The position numbers were made by a program, and so were the translations under genes. Positions 41,001 to 52,361 of a stretch of 64,000 nucleotides of DNA are shown here, piece after piece. The stretch comes from Phoronis australis. Its lineage: Eukaryota > Animalia > Phoronida. Location: assembly GCA_002633005.1 (NCBI GenBank), contig NMRA01000267.1, positions 150,957 through 214,956 on the forward strand, given 5' to 3'. The notes under the pieces are model-generated. The model had not been told where the DNA came from. It saw nothing but the letters and a program-made list of their open reading frames with translations, and did not search any database. Within the stretch, counting starts at the first letter, position 1; the number at the start of each line of letters is the position of its first letter.

Positions 41001-44000
41001 TTTCTTGTTTTGACTTTACTTGGTCATCAGCCACTTCCACTAGCATATGAGTTTACGCATGTATGTTCGAGTGAATGAAGATCTGAGCGAGGTGTATTCT
41101 GTATAAATTATTCATTAGGAAATATTGCGTTTAACATTTATCAAAACATCATTGCATTTTGTGATTCATTTTTTCATGATTAAAAATTGCTTTTAACGTG
41201 ATTTTTTCTTCATTTTCAGTTCTTTTCATCCATGATCTCATCATTCACGTTGAATGTCGTGCTCAGCTACTGGAGACATAATGAGGGAGGCTTGTCCTAT
41301 CCTGGCTTGATCACGTTTGGCAAGTTTGATGTAAGCATTTAAACCATACATATTTATGTCTAGGTCTCTGCCATATACATGCCATATACATGCCATATGC
41401 ATGCCATATACATGCCATATGCATGCCATATACATGCCATATACATGCCACATACATGCCATTTATATACCATGTACATACCATATACATGCCATATACA
41501 TACCATATACATAACATATGCATGCCATATGCATGCCATATGCATGCCATATGCATGCCATATACATGCCATGTACATGCCATGTACATGCCATATACAT
41601 GCCATTTATATACCATGTACATACCATATACATGCCATATACATACCATATACATGCCATTTACATGCAATACACATGCCCTATACATGCCATTTACATA
41701 CCATGTACATGCCATATACATGCCATTTACATACCATGTACATGCCATATACATGCCATATACATGCCATACACATCAATAGTTTTATAAAAAAACATGT
41801 GGTATGTGGTGGGTTAGCTGTCTTCAACTCGCTATGATTAGTAGTTGCCTGTCATTGTCAAAACTGTTTAAAATTGTTGAAGAATTGATGTGCACCCTTG
41901 GTTATTGACTCACAATATACCTTTACTCTCTACATTGACTTTCCTTTCTTTATTGTTTCCTTATACAAATCAGAAGCGTGTGGTCGAGGAATGGGTATTT
42001 TGTTTCAGAACCTTGTGTACAGTATATCTGAACTCCCCTTGTTTGTTGTCATCGGCGCCATTGGAGGTCTGACTGGTGCTCTGTTCAACTATATTAACCA
42101 ACAACTGTCCATATTTAGAATTAAGTAAGTACTCCATACTCCATTTTGGCTGATAATTCATCTCCATCATTGATCTTGTCCTCATATAAGCCTCCATTTG
42201 AGTTTGTTTTTATTATTGTTTATAATTGAATTTACACTAGATTTTATGAGAGTTACCATATTCGCCGTAATAAGCGCCCATGCCCCTATAAGCACCCCCC
42301 ATGCGTTTTCAGACTTTAAAAATAAGCGCCCAGTCCATGAACGTGTACATGCGGAAAATGGCTTACCTACAGTCATAAAATTCTACAGTAACGTCTTCAA
42401 TTTATCAATAATATCTGACAGTCCTGAAAAAATCATTGTGCGCAGAATTTGTAGACCATGAGCCTCGACGCTATTTCGGTATTTAGCCGTGACTATACAC
42501 TTCAAACTTCCGCCATGCCTCAAAGGAACACAAAAGTTCTGCTGATATTGCGAGGACCAATGGTCTGGCCTTTCAGAACAGAAGTAGTGTACTTGTCTAC
42601 GGGATTGCTTTGTAGATATTTCCCACTTTCAACAGGAATCCAAATTTCTTTGTAGGCCTACACGTGAAAACTGCGAATCGAAGACTAATACAAAGCTTGG
42701 CCAGTGTTAAAAGCACGCGGCCAGGAAGCGCGCGCTACATACATGAACCTGTCATCAAAGAAATTAGTCGGGAACTATCCTTTTTATGAAACGGGTAGCA
42801 TAGCATCAGCAAGAAATGAATATTGTCACTAATTCCCGACAGTTTCTAATACTATAAAAAATGTTTGTGTTATTTTTAAGACGAAGTGTTTGATTAACCA
42901 TAATTGGTGTTTTTAAGCCAAATATCCGGTAAAATGGCCACTGAGAGTGAATGCTTTCTCACCCTTACACCGAAAAATAACTGTCATATAGTTATGTATG
43001 CATCCAGCCACACGGCGACTAATGTGGCCTTACCTAACGTTTTTAGCATATGAGACCGGCAAGTGCTGAATGAAACACACTCTGGTTTAGGCCTACTGCT
43101 TGTGCAAATTTCTTTAGATGCAATGCACATCTAGCTCGTTAGATTGCGTGGCTCTGGCCAAAAGATGGTCTCTGCTCTGGCAAATGAACTCTAGTGACAC
43201 GCACGCGCTCGCTTACTCACAAATGCAGACAACTTCAAAACAAACGTCACGTGACAACAACATTGTGTTCGTCCAGGCATTTATCTCATGTTGTCGATAA
43301 TACATGTAGATGGCACGACGTAGCACAGATTTATACTTAAACCTGCCGTGATCCCGACTCCACGGGAACTTAAAAATCTTAGGGACGTTACTTGGAAAAC
43401 TTAAGGAGGATTTTAGTTAATTTGCTTGAGTTGAAACTGTATTTTTATTCAAGCATTCAACTCGCCATATCAACGATTGCGAGGCAGGCAGTCGCCCTGG
43501 GATTTCAGCACAATTTTCTGTAAAATGATCGTAATTTAGCAGCAAAGTTTGATAGCAATGCACCACGGTTTTGTAGAAAGTCTTTCATAGATTACAGATA
43601 CGTCACAGAGCGTAACTATGATGAATATTAGCTTCCAATTTCACCCGTTCCGGAGACCGGGTTTCATCGGCCTTGGGTTATAATAAGCGCCCCCCTGAAA
43701 CGATTTTTTCTAAGCGCCCTGGGCAGTTATTACGGCAAATACGGTATTACAAAGATGGGATTTTTCTGCAAACATATGCAGTCATTTTCATTTGACTGCC
43801 TAGTATATTTTAAGCTCAGTATGATAGAAAAATCAGTCTTAAGCTCATCGCTGTGTATAAGTTTCATGCAAACTCATTTGGTACTGTAAAAACATTTCTT
43901 AGTCTTATTCAGTCAATACATTTATGTGCAAAATTTCTTTGTCCATGCGGGAAGTCAGCATTTGATTTACAAAACTACCATACAGTGGGTACATTTCTAG

Positions 44001-47000
44001 AACTTTTGTCATAGCATATTATCAAATTCCAGAGAAAATATCACTTTAATTACACGTCTGTGAAGGATAGTTTTTCTGGATATTGAAGGGTCACATTGGC
44101 ATTGCTAGTTTGTTCTCTGAGGCAGAGTTCACTTTGACAGTAAATTTAGACTTGGCACTGATTATAGTTTAGCAAGCAAACGGAATTTGCTTGCCTTTTC
44201 ACAAATGTCTGCACCAAAAGGCAGGTAAACATTAAAAAGCTACAACTTTATTGAGATTGTGAAGTGATGGCGACAACAATATGCTTTGACAACATATTTG
44301 AACTGTAGCTTCAAGTAGTCGCTCATTTCCTGTGGGTAGAGTTCTGCACAGTTGGTGAAGAATCAACTGGTGTCCAATTTAACTAATCAGTAATTAATAA
44401 CCTTGTTTGCTATGGGCACTTTAGTTAAAAAACTAAACCTTGTTATGGTGATCTCAAGCAATCGTTATTCTGCCCCTACTAATGCACCATTTGTGTCTCA
44501 CTTGAATAATAACCACAGGATTCAACTAAAACATACGGATGATGTCACTAAATAGGTATTATGGTTCTTGGAAGGAAGTTTTCACTTACAGTTGTTGTGT
44601 GACTCGCCTAAAGTGTAGGTCACGCTTGCCTGTTTAGCTGGTATTTTCAAAATTTGCTCCGAACTTTTTATGGTTCATGAGGGTTACAGAGCATTATTTT
44701 GTTTGGAGAGCTAAATGATATTGTCAGCTAAATGATATTGTCAGCTGAATGATAAAGTCATTGTTGATATTCTGTTAATATGCCGAACTCGGGTTGTTTT
44801 ATGAGAGAAAATGTTATACGTACATAATGTCGCAAGTACTACTGCATAAGCGTCGATTAACGCACCTCTGACTGTGTTTCAGGCATGTCTTTCGCAAGTT
44901 TGCTCAAGTCTTTGAATCCATCATTGTGGTAACCCTGACAACCACAGTGGGTTTTATGTTGATGTACTTCGTCAGGGACTGTCACCCCCTCAACAGTGAC
45001 CCAGGTGTCAATAACCAAGAACACCCTGTACAGGTAAGAAGTAACATCAAGTCTTCTGTCCATGTAGGTGGGTACTCAGTTGATTAAAAACGGGTATGTT
45101 TAATCCAACTTTAAAGGCACAATATTTTTTGCTATTATTTCCGTTTCCAAATAAAGCCATGATGTCAGTTTGCTGAAATTCAATTATTGAATTAACCCAA
45201 ATTTTGCACTTCACTTTTTATGTATTTAGTAGATATAGGTATCAACAGTGGAAAATTGCTGCCCAGATGTTGAGTTAATTAACCTGGTCAAATGTTATTT
45301 GTCATGTACACAAGACCAACGCTTTCACCACACTCTGCTCAGAAAGTTAAGACTGTGTCATTTTTAGTAATCCTACTGTTTGATTCTAGGTAAAAAATTA
45401 CAGCATTAAAATGATATCAGGCTAGTTACCAATGGACCATAACAGCAAAGGAAGTTATATTGCAAAAGAGAACCTGAAATCAGCTGTGTATGAGATAAAA
45501 TATTTACAAGGCTTTAGTTTTAGAATCGTAATTTTGGTTTAGCCCATTCAGACACAAAAGTCTGCTCCATGGAAAGATGATTTGAGTGACCTTTGTTCTG
45601 TTTTACAGCTATTTTGTGACGACGGGGAGTACAACGCCATGGCTTCCCTGTTTTTTCAAACACCAGAGGAAAGTGTTAAAGTGTTATTGCATAGCCAAGA
45701 TGGTAAGTCTTGTGATTATAATTGTGTAACTATTCCTAAACTGCATTTTAGTTGTTTTTAGTGACTGTTATATTTATTGTTTCCAAGTCTGTTGTCTAGT
45801 GGCACTTATTCATTTTAATATTCAGTTGTAATTTACTAGCTGTTCAAGTGTTTAGTGTTAGGTCTTGTACGGAAATCATTCTGCATTTTTGAATCCTGCA
45901 TATAAGTTGTGACAGCTACATGCAAATTTCTTGTTCTTGTATAGAATCAGTGTTTGAACTCTCCAATAGGTAGTAGCACCAATCATTTAATAATTATAGC
46001 TATTAGATGTTAATTCCTTAACACTGAGCTCATAATATTGCACACAAACACTTGCCATCCTTAAGTTTATTCAGTCCTGTGGGCTCTTACTTTGACCTAT
46101 TGACCAGTGACTAGTCATCTGCTGCATGCAGTCAATTCATTTGGTTCTCGGTGTGTTCCATCCACTTACCTATTGACCAGTGACTAGTCACCTGCTATAT
46201 GTTCTCAATTCAATTGGCTGTCTCTGTGTTCCATGCACTTACGTATTAAACAGTGATTAGTCATCTGCTATATCAATTCAGTTGGTTCTCGCTGTATTTC
46301 ATCCAGGTACTTATCAACCCGTGACTCTGGTCCTCTTCAGCATCTGCTATTTCCTACTGGCTTGCTGGACATACGGACTCTATGTGCCCAGTGGGCTGTT
46401 CATCCCAAGCTTGCTGACTGGAGCCGCATGGGGGAGACTTGTCGGTATCTTGCTGGGTGTCATATTCAAAGATGTGTCTGCCGTAAGTTTGAATATCTTT
46501 TGTGAGTTTTTGCTGCGGTAGTCAAGGGACAGTTATGTCCTGTTGTACATTTGGATGTCGGTGACCAAATTAATCTGCTCCTTTTTGATATATGCTCACA
46601 GTGTGATGATAACTTTTTTGCCTTCCTCAAAATCATCTGTTTCAAATAAGCGTTATGTAAAGGTATCATCCGAGGCCAGAGTTGTGTTCTTGTTTAGAAC
46701 TTCCCATTTGGTCATTTTTGCCTCTGCTAGTGCTCATACTTCTTCACAGTTTGCACATTAGTTGCTCTAGAATGCCCGTCTTATTCACTCATGTTTACCG
46801 ACAGTGATACCGGCTTCTCTCTTTATTGTGCACGCCCACGGTTCTTAATGTAATTGCATTGTGCAAAACACCTGAGCATTTGTATTTAAAGTGTCATTGA
46901 CCAGTATGTACAGGTATGTTACATTCTAATTCTATTAATACTAAATCCGTCACTGCAGCGTGATTATGATTGAGGAAAGCAAAAGTAGCATGCATAAGTC

Positions 47001-50000
47001 TTTAATTGAGCTTAAATTACAAAATAATATGCTTTTCTTTTCTGCAGCATTTGGCAGTCAACTATCTTATGTGATGTCACCGACTTCAAAGAATTCAGTC
47101 TATGAATGCTACTGACAGAAATGAAGTTTGCATGATTTAGTACAGTTGTTAGGTTCTAATATTTTCTTTTGATCAAATTCGTCAATATTATTAGTCATTT
47201 TTTTGCTTTGTCTAGTCTCAAGATTGGATGAATCCAGGCAAATTTGCTCTGCTGGGTGCAGCAGCCCAACTGGGCGGTACTGTTCGTATGACTATCAGTC
47301 TGGCTGTTATTCTCATCGAAGCCACGGGAGATGTTTCTTTTGGGTTGCCCATTATGGTTGTGTTGATGACCGCGAAATGGGTGGGCGATTTCTTTAATGA
47401 GGTGAGAGTAACAGGGTGCTGTCTAAAAGTGAATTTAATTTTGTCCATAGCAAGGAAATTCCTGAAAAAAATGTGGCTTAAACTTCAGTGACTAGGTTTC
47501 AAAATTTTACATAAAATTATCACTTGTTGCTTTAAGGTTAAAAGAATTGAAAGTTTGTTATTGTTCACATTCTACTTGATAAATCATTCTATGTTGCTGA
47601 AAGCAACATGGTCAGTGTAGAAACTTGTGTTTGACATTTTGCCAGGCATAAAGCTTTTGCAGCATAAGTTAGTTTATATGTTTAGCTAAATTTGCTAATG
47701 GAGACCGGTGCAGTAACAACTTGTAGTCTCCTCCCAAGCCTATAAATAAAAGTAAGGAACAAGTTGAACACTGATAGCTTGGATGTTTGTCAGAAGGTAT
47801 TTATATAGTGATTTATTGAAATATATACATATGGTCATAGGCCCAAAGTATAGCATGTACAAGGCAGCACATTGTCAGGTGCGAATTACAAACTGGATAA
47901 TAAATTGTGACACTTGAGAGCATGATGGACGAATTTTAGAAGTAGGATGTCTGGAGTTCTCATGAGATATTCAAATTTAGATGTCATTGGAGAATGACAA
48001 AAAGGATAACTTAAGTACTTAACCCAATGGTCTTGGTACGCACTCCAAACTAACACAAGGTGGTATTCGTCCTTTACACATTCCGAATAACTTAATTCAC
48101 ACAACCTATTTTCATAGGGAACATTTGTGTGACGACCTCTTTCCACTAGTAACAAATGATTTGAACATCGCAATCAAGTCAGAGACTGGATAAAAACACA
48201 TGGGATACTAAGTATTTCTAGATAATTCTCAAGACTGACTATGCATTATTTCATACCTCATATAGTAAGGCAGTTTTGCGTTACATTCGATATCAGATTG
48301 CCAGCCTTGCAAATAACGGTCATTGACATGTTGACAAAAACTGACAAGAAATACGCTTGGTTTACCACACCCTGATTAATCCATACATCTGAATAACCAT
48401 ACACAGACAGACGTTTCCCTACAAAATTTTCCCAATTATAGGAAGATCTTCCGATCAGGTCTGACTGCAAAAGCATATCATATGCCGCCTTTACCCCACG
48501 ATTACCAGGCATCTGTGCACAGTTTTGTTAACTTTCTCTCGAGAAGTTTAATGTTGTTATATAAACTTCACTCTAAGTTTTTTTCTGAACTAAAACTTAT
48601 CGCAATGATCCCTAATCCCTATGTTTTCAATCAGTGTACGTTTGCAATTGTAATAACATACTGTAGCTTACTGCTCACTATGGAGGCTTCATGCGTTCTT
48701 ACTTTTTCCTACTTGTTGCTTTCTTCTAATTTTGCATCCATTTTCTGCCAATTGTTTGTCCTACATTGTCCTTTAGTGCAAAGGTTTAGGAGGGCTGCTG
48801 TTAGTTGTTTGGTGATTTCAGGTCTAGATCTCTTGCGTCACGTCACTGCTTATGTAGATGAAAATGTGAAGTTGTGACATCTGTCTATTGCAGGGTATTT
48901 ATGATATGCACATACAGTTAGCAGGTGTACCACTGTTGGCATGGGAAGCTCCAGCTATTTCAAAGAACATTTATGCCAAGTAAGTCAGTAGTCGAAGCTC
49001 TGACTCATACCCTTTTAGTACTTTTTTGAGAACTCTCTGGTAGTTGTCACTGCGTCTATACCAAAGACATTCTTTTCTTGCGGTTGTATCAATTCAATCT
49101 CCTCAAGTTCACTTTGACAGTGTTTCAAATCCATTCTGTACGATTCAACCCCGTAGATTTTATGTTTGATTCTGTCAAGAGATATGCAACTGTTTTTTTT
49201 GTTGCCTTATTTTAATGAAAATACAAGTTTCTGGTTATCTAAGAGATGTATTGTTCCCTGTTAATTAATGCTTCTGTGTATTTATTGTTCATGGAACAGT
49301 GGAAAGTGACCTAAGCAGCCCAGTAAAATGCCTGCATCTTGGTTCTGCATTTACTTCTATTGAAACAAATGTTATTGACCGACACAGACTGTGTTCAATA
49401 TTAAGGAGGGCATCGTGTCTGCTCAATGTATGTGAAATGTAGAACCAAGATGCGGACCTTTTGCTGGGCCTTCCACAACCCATTCTGTTGTTCTAGAACA
49501 GTAATCAACACAAAAAGATGTACCTGTAAGATAACCAGTGTGTTTTTACTTGTAGTTTCCCTTTAGTACTGATTTTCATGTAAATATGTTGACAGGGAGG
49601 TAATGAGTCATCCAGTGACCACCTTCAGAATGGTAGAAAATGTTGGTCGTCTGTACGACATTCTGATGAAAGAACTGGACCATGATGGGTTCCCTATAGT
49701 GGATGACTATGACCCTGATCAGGTGCATTAATATTAATTAGTCAGGCATATTTGTATGAAGTCAAAATTCAAATTCTACGGAATTTCTGCTTGCATGGAA
49801 TATATACTTTTGATGAGTTAAATTCTGTAGTGTACATATTTGACTAAATGGACAGACTTGTCGATAAGGTCCTACCTGCATAACCTTATTAACGGGAAAT
49901 ACGGTGAATTGTGAACATAAAGTTGTTGTCTTTTCAGTCCAATATGGTGAATTGTGAACATAAATTTGTTGTCTTTTTAGTCAAATGGAAGGCACTTTGG

Positions 50001-52361
50001 ACGGTTCAAGGGTTTGATTCTGCGCTCTCAACTTCTTGTTTTATTACACAAAAAGGTTGGTTTTGAGAATGTTAATTTAGAATTTAACCTTGTACTCTTT
50101 GTATCAAATATTAATGTTTGATATGAAAAAGTTGCTTTTAATGCCAAAATGTGCATTTGATGTTGTACTTAGGTTTGTGCTATTTACCTGAAATTTAACT
50201 GTAATTTGTGAATTATTAAAACATTGTTTTTATGACCTAATGAACATAAAGAAATTACTGTTTTAAACAGTACCTTGAAATGTTAGAATGTGCATTTTCT
50301 GAAGAACTCCTAAAGTTTTTATGCAAGGCATTTATTTACAAATACATTGTTTGTGTAAATAGTGCATGTGTAAATACTGTATGTGTAAATACTGTATGTG
50401 TAAATACTGTATGTGTAAATACTGTATGTGTAAATACTGCATGTGTAAATACTGTATGTGTAAATACTGTATGTGCTATTACTGTATTTACTTCCAGGCC
50501 TTCAAAAAAGGAGACCAAGAAACGCATCAGTTACGTCTGAAAGATTTCCGTGACATTTACCCACGATTTCCATCAATTCACGTGAGTGACTTTTGCTTTG
50601 ACGCTTCAGCCTTTGTTGAAATTATTTTTATATTCATGATGTGAAATGATTGTTATTGATTGATTTTGTAATTTGGCTTGAGTAACACGCTTTTCTGGTA
50701 ATCTCTAAGGGAAACCAGTCTAAGTGGTTATGGTAACGCTTGTGCAATACTGAATGACCGGTTTATCTTGTGGTTTTTTAGCAAATCAACATATCTTCTC
50801 ATGAGCGCCAGTTTGATATTGACTTTGAGCCATACATGAATCCAGCACCATTCACAGTGACCATGGTAAGCGCCATAAGATCTCAATAATTTCAGACAAA
50901 AATAATTGCCTAATTGTTTTTATTTTTCGAAGGGTTCTAAAATTGATTTGAATGCCCACAATTTCTCAAAACGTTTGGGTTCAGGAAGAACTGACGCTTT
51001 TTTACACTAGACACCAGGCTCTGTAAATTGTCTTATGATTGGGTCATTGTAAGCACCAATCACCATCTCAGGCTCTAACAAACAGTCAACGAACTGTCCA
51101 CTCTTTCCTGGCCCAAGAATCATTCCTCATCTTGGTAAGGAACACGTTGAAAGCTGTTTTATATTGACAGGTGGTTCAAGTCAAAAGTTATTTTCTTTCA
51201 TATAAGGTCTCTTTGTAGCAGTTTTAAAACCAATTCTTTGAAAACATTCAAATCTTGGACATGACAGTTGAGCCTGGTGGGTACTAACTGCCTGATTCAA
51301 TTCATTTCAGAATGCCTCCCTACCCAGAATATTCAGATTGTTCAGAGGTCTTGGTCTTCGCCATGTTGTTGTCACTAATGACGAGCACCAGGTATGATTG
51401 GGTCAATTTTCCGTAATTAATTTTAAAGCTGCATTTCGCTGTGTAACTGACTAAAGCATGAGAATCGAATTAGGCCTTTTTCGGTTTCTTAAAATTGGCC
51501 TCATAACATTCCTTGCCATGCCAGGGTTCTATTTCCATCACCAACAAGAACTTTGAAACAATAATCATCTCAAGAAAATGCTTCAAGTTTGTTAGGGTTG
51601 GCCAACCCTGAAATTGCGAATTGGAAATTGTGTTTGTAAGCATTCTGTGTTCTTTTTGGTAATAGAAATAGAATCCTATCGCAGTGAGGAATATTACAAG
51701 ACTGACTTCATGCGAGTAAAAGGTCTTATTTAAATTTTGTTTTTTGAGGCAGCTAAAGAGGGCAGCATGCATTTTTAAGTATTTCATTTTTTCATTTATC
51801 GTACTGATCACTCCTCCTCATTGTTTTAAGAATGATATTCTGTATAATAATGTGGTTATTTTGTAGTTTATTGTTTTTATTTTAAATGACTTAATGAGCA
51901 AAAATGTAGAAAGATGTTATTTTGACTTTATTACAGTATTGGCTTATTGCTCGTCCTTTTGTGAATGCTCGTCAGCTTTCTCTCCATCTTGTCCCCCCTC
52001 AGATCAGAAGGTGGATCTTCCTTCTTACCATGAGAGGGCTGCATTCCGATAACATAACATGATTTTCCAGAATGACTTAACATTTTGCAGGTTAATTTTG
52101 TGGTAATTACTGGTAAGATGGCTGACGGGAAGTCTTTATGAGTGCTTTTTTAACAGTGGATGTGTCTGCTGTGTACACAGTATTATTGAATCGTTAGTTT
52201 AGACTTGCCAAACTAACATGATATATCTGCCGAGTTCTGTTACAACGCTCTATGTTGTTCATTAGGTGGTCGGTCTTGTCACACGGAAGGATCTGGCACG
52301 ATACAGAGTGTGGAGTTCACGAGGTCGTATGGGACTAGAAGAGTTACAGCTGGCTCATTAA
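26069..52361 (+). CDS. CLCN7: H(+)/Cl(-) exchange transporter 7 (ClC-7), 21 coding exons, ~786 aa
   Basis: Exons: 26069-26146 ([12 protein letters not shown], acidic dileucine signal), 33471-33590, 34106-34171 (SLDYD), 35221-35353, 36270-36379, 37299-37442 ([13 protein letters not shown]...GLAVGK), 39535-39618 (EGPMIHSG), 40252-40410 ([31 protein letters not shown]), 41220-41330, 42009-42124, 44883-45033, 45609-45702, 46307-46482 (GLFIP), 47216-47401, 48894-48979, 49596-49722 (CBS1), 49981-50055, 50498-50581, 50782-50865, 51311-51391 (FRGLGLRH), 52266-52361 (VTRKDLARY...GLEELQLAH*). All phases join in frame. GSGIPQ, the short inter-CBS linker and the C-terminus favour ClC-7 over ClC-6. Confidence 0.95.
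26400..26520 (+). mobile_element. CR1/L2-type LINE reverse transcriptase fragment
   Basis: Translation [25 protein letters not shown] matches the non-LTR RT 'DFSKAFDxxPH' motif. Confidence 0.75.
26670..27100 (+). mobile_element. Helentron-associated non-autonomous element (HINE/DINE-like), 5'-truncated
   Basis: Similar to the reverse complement of 37761-39050 (GCCACTAGG.GGCAC, GCCAAAT.TCAT..AAATCC, GGGGTTTAGGAGATACAGCTG). Ends in a degenerate hairpin followed by ATAAAAA. Confidence 0.65.
27420..27620. repeat. Degenerate tandem repeat (~50-67-bp units x3)
   Basis: GGGG..TACCCAG...AATACA..AACACAA.TTTATGAGTACA.CCAAAATG.TTT units. Confidence 0.7.
28016..28505 (+). mobile_element. hAT-like MITE
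   Basis: TIRs CAGGGCTTGGAAT ... ATTCCAAGTCCTG. Same family as 10508-12957 and 54681-54905. Confidence 0.7.
28902..31308. mobile_element. Tc1/mariner(pogo)-like non-autonomous DNA transposon, 2.4 kb
   Basis: TA|CCGTAATCGTTCGGGTTAACACCC ... GGGCGTTAACCTGAACGATTACGG|TA, with multiple subterminal TTAA(C/G)CGCCC repeats at both ends. No transposase ORF was recognised. Confidence 0.85.
34711..34865 (+). mobile_element. Possible decayed tRNA-derived SINE
   Basis: A-box TGGCTCAGTGG (34717-34727) and a degenerate B-box GTTTGAGCTCC (34760-34770) at tRNA-like spacing, followed by the hairpin GGGACAGGAATC-A-GATTCCTGTCCC. Confidence 0.4.
35354..36269 (+). other. U12-type (minor spliceosome) GT-AG intron in CLCN7
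   Basis: 5' splice site GTATCCTTTT at 35354. Branch-site CCTTAAC at 36251-36257 lies ~12 nt upstream of the AG at 36268-36269. The flanking exons join in frame (K-Y-Y-I-D-K). Confidence 0.92.
37761..39050 (-). mobile_element. Helentron-associated non-autonomous element (HINE/DINE-1-like) with internal tandem subrepeats
   Basis: On the minus strand it begins AACAAGAG with a subterminal ATGCACCCA, contains ~400-bp repeated internal modules and a GACG/GATG-rich tract, and ends with ATGCACCCATATA...TATGTGGGTG hairpin + TATAAAAA. This is DINE-1/HINE architecture. Confidence 0.75.
41371..41775. repeat. 11-bp minisatellite (CCATATACATG)n, ~37 copies
   Basis: Direct tandem array in CLCN7 intron 9. 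It explains the repetitive ORFs on both strands. Confidence 0.95.
42256..43744. mobile_element. Tc1/mariner(pogo)-like non-autonomous DNA transposon, 1.5 kb
   Basis: TA|CCATATTCGCCGTAATAAGCGCCCA ... TGGGCAGTTATTACGGCAAATACGG|TA, with subterminal TAAGCGCCC repeats like those of 28902-31308. Confidence 0.8.
46095..46338 (+). repeat. 73-bp tandem repeat (3 copies plus a partial exonic copy) spanning a CLCN7 splice acceptor
   Basis: Units start at 46095, 46168, 46241 and 46309. The last unit lies inside exon 46307-46482. Confidence 0.8.
47810..48515 (-). mobile_element. 3' fragment of a non-LTR retrotransposon (RTE-X-like), degenerate
   Basis: Frameshifted remnants [22 protein letters not shown] and [14 protein letters not shown]...RLCEL...KDEYHLVL (decayed C-terminal CCHC region). 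AATAAA on the minus strand at ~47812-47817. Confidence 0.7.
50345..50487. repeat. 15-bp minisatellite (TGTAAATACTGTATG)x~9
   Basis: Tandem array ending ~10 nt before the CLCN7 acceptor at 50497. Confidence 0.9.

Noticed and set aside
41241-41837. Multiple Cys/His/Met/Trp-rich repetitive ORFs on both strands
   Set aside because: They are translations of the 11-bp minisatellite inside a CLCN7 intron, with no sign of coding function.
46095-46310. CRISPR-like periodic repeat
   Set aside because: The whole units are similar, with no unique spacers, no cas genes and a eukaryotic intron context.
50280-50497. MCKYC / CVNTV / HTVFT repeat ORFs (metallothionein-like look)
   Set aside because: They come from the 15-bp minisatellite. 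Only 50498-50581 is a real exon.
52091-52141. Possible alternative last CLCN7 exon ([16 protein letters not shown])
   Set aside because: It has a good acceptor, but it would remove the conserved VTRKDL part of CBS2. Nothing else supports it.
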